From positions 93,062,001 through 93,126,000 of the forward strand of contig OZ024747.1 of NCBI GenBank assembly GCA_964016885.1: DNA of 64,000 nucleotides, in the 5' to 3' direction. The notes under the pieces are model-generated. The model was not told the DNA's origin, did not search any database, and saw only the letters and a program-made list of their open reading frames with translations. Position 1 is the stretch's first letter. Every line of letters starts with the position of its first letter. Positions 62,919 through 64,000 of the stretch are shown here, in pieces. The position numbers were made by a program, and so were the translations under genes. This stretch comes from Eledone cirrhosa (Eukaryota).

Positions 62919-64000
62919 CGTGTGTCGGCTGAAAAGCGCATAGGCAGACCAAGATACTCTCATGTAATGCGACTAATTCAGATTTACTTTTCAACATAGT
63001 CCAGCTTGTGGTCCACACACTTCTTCCATCAGTGTTGTAGTCCTTGCATCTCATTGGTGATGAAGTTTTCATCCTGTTGATAAAAAAGTCATCAACAGCA
63101 TACATGACATCATCATCACTGTGATACTGGTTCCCATATAAATGTTTTTTTCATGTTAGGGAACAGATGATAGTTAAATGGGACCAAATCAGGAGAATAA
63201 GGAGGATGATGAACCAGTTCAAAGATACAGTCACACACAGCAACCACTGAAACTAAGGACTTGTGAACTGGAGCTTTGTCCTGATGAAACGAGACCTCTT
63301 TCATGTTTTCTTGGGCATTTGGTTTTGATTGACTTTCGTAACTTCCTCAGCAAGTTGGACTAGTACACTCCATTGATGTTGTAATCCTTTTGAAGATAGT
63401 CAATCCCAAGAAACTGGAGCCATTACCCTCTCTGCAGATGAAACAACATTGGCCTTTTTGGAGGAGTGTTTCTACTGCATGGATTGTCACTTTGTTTCAA
63501 GCTCAAAGTGATGAACCCAACACTTATTCTCAGTTATGAAACGTTCAAGGAAGCCAGCTGGATCTGCCTCAAGCAATGACAGATTTTCACGTGATGTAAT
63601 CAGCCTGATTCACTTTTGATCAGGTGTCAGAAGACTTGTCACCCACCAAGCAGAAACCTTTATCAAGCAAAGTTCATTGTGCAGAATATTCTCCACCTTT
63701 TGACTCAATATGGTAATAGCAATGGCTATTTGATTTATAATCGATCGACTTTCATCCATCACCCTGTGGGGAGCACAATCCATGTCTTCCTCGGTGGTGG
63801 AACTTGAAGGACTTCCAGGCATTAAGTCTGCTTCAATACACCCCTTTCCTCTCCTATATTCAGCTACCCACTTTTGCACTGTTGACAAAGCTCCTCCCCT
63901 AATGTAGCAACCATATTAGCATGAATGCCTTTGAAGGCTAAACCCTTTTTCTGCAGGCATTTGATAACATCATAATGCCCAATTTTGTCTATTTTCAAGT
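62919..64000 (-). mobile_element. Mariner transposon with pseudogenised transposase, running past the window end
   Basis: TA|cgtgtgtcggctgaaaag TIR-like end; WVTSLLTPDQK (WVPR-like), FHQDKAPVH and HPPYSPDLVPFNYHLF in broken frames. Confidence 0.9.

Noticed and set aside
43172-64000. A second host protein-coding gene downstream of TM9SF1
   Set aside because: All recognisable coding fragments are transposon-derived; no spliceable conserved exons were recognised, although small exons could be missed.

Overview
AT-rich, repeat-dense animal genomic DNA. The SINE, LINE and microsatellite landscape looks like an octopod cephalopod, though this is inferred. The only host gene is the 3' part of TM9SF1 (nonaspanin/EMP70 family) on the + strand: 11 coding exons from 5970 to 43171, all with GT-AG introns and compatible phases, ending ...YIYVNLKMD*. 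The rest is transposon debris and simple repeats: tRNA-derived SINEs, RTE, CR1 and CRE-type LINE fragments, Penelope-like remnants, piggyBac/hAT/Tc1-mariner MITEs, a Helitron, about 10 kb of (TA)n/(TATG)n in one 16.6-kb intron, and minisatellites. Most long ORFs in the track are simple-repeat artefacts. The most notable signal is a set of hammerhead-ribozyme motifs found by manual folding. (i) Two diverged copies of an extended type I hammerhead fold carry a non-canonical CAGAAGA (U4A) core, and one has an inverted duplication starting at the predicted cleavage site. (ii) A 312-bp terminally redundant, retrozyme-like unit carries a GUC hammerhead. (iii) A Penelope-like inverted structure carries a canonical minimal hammerhead. 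RTE LINEs here also have a PHD-like zinc finger immediately after the RT core.
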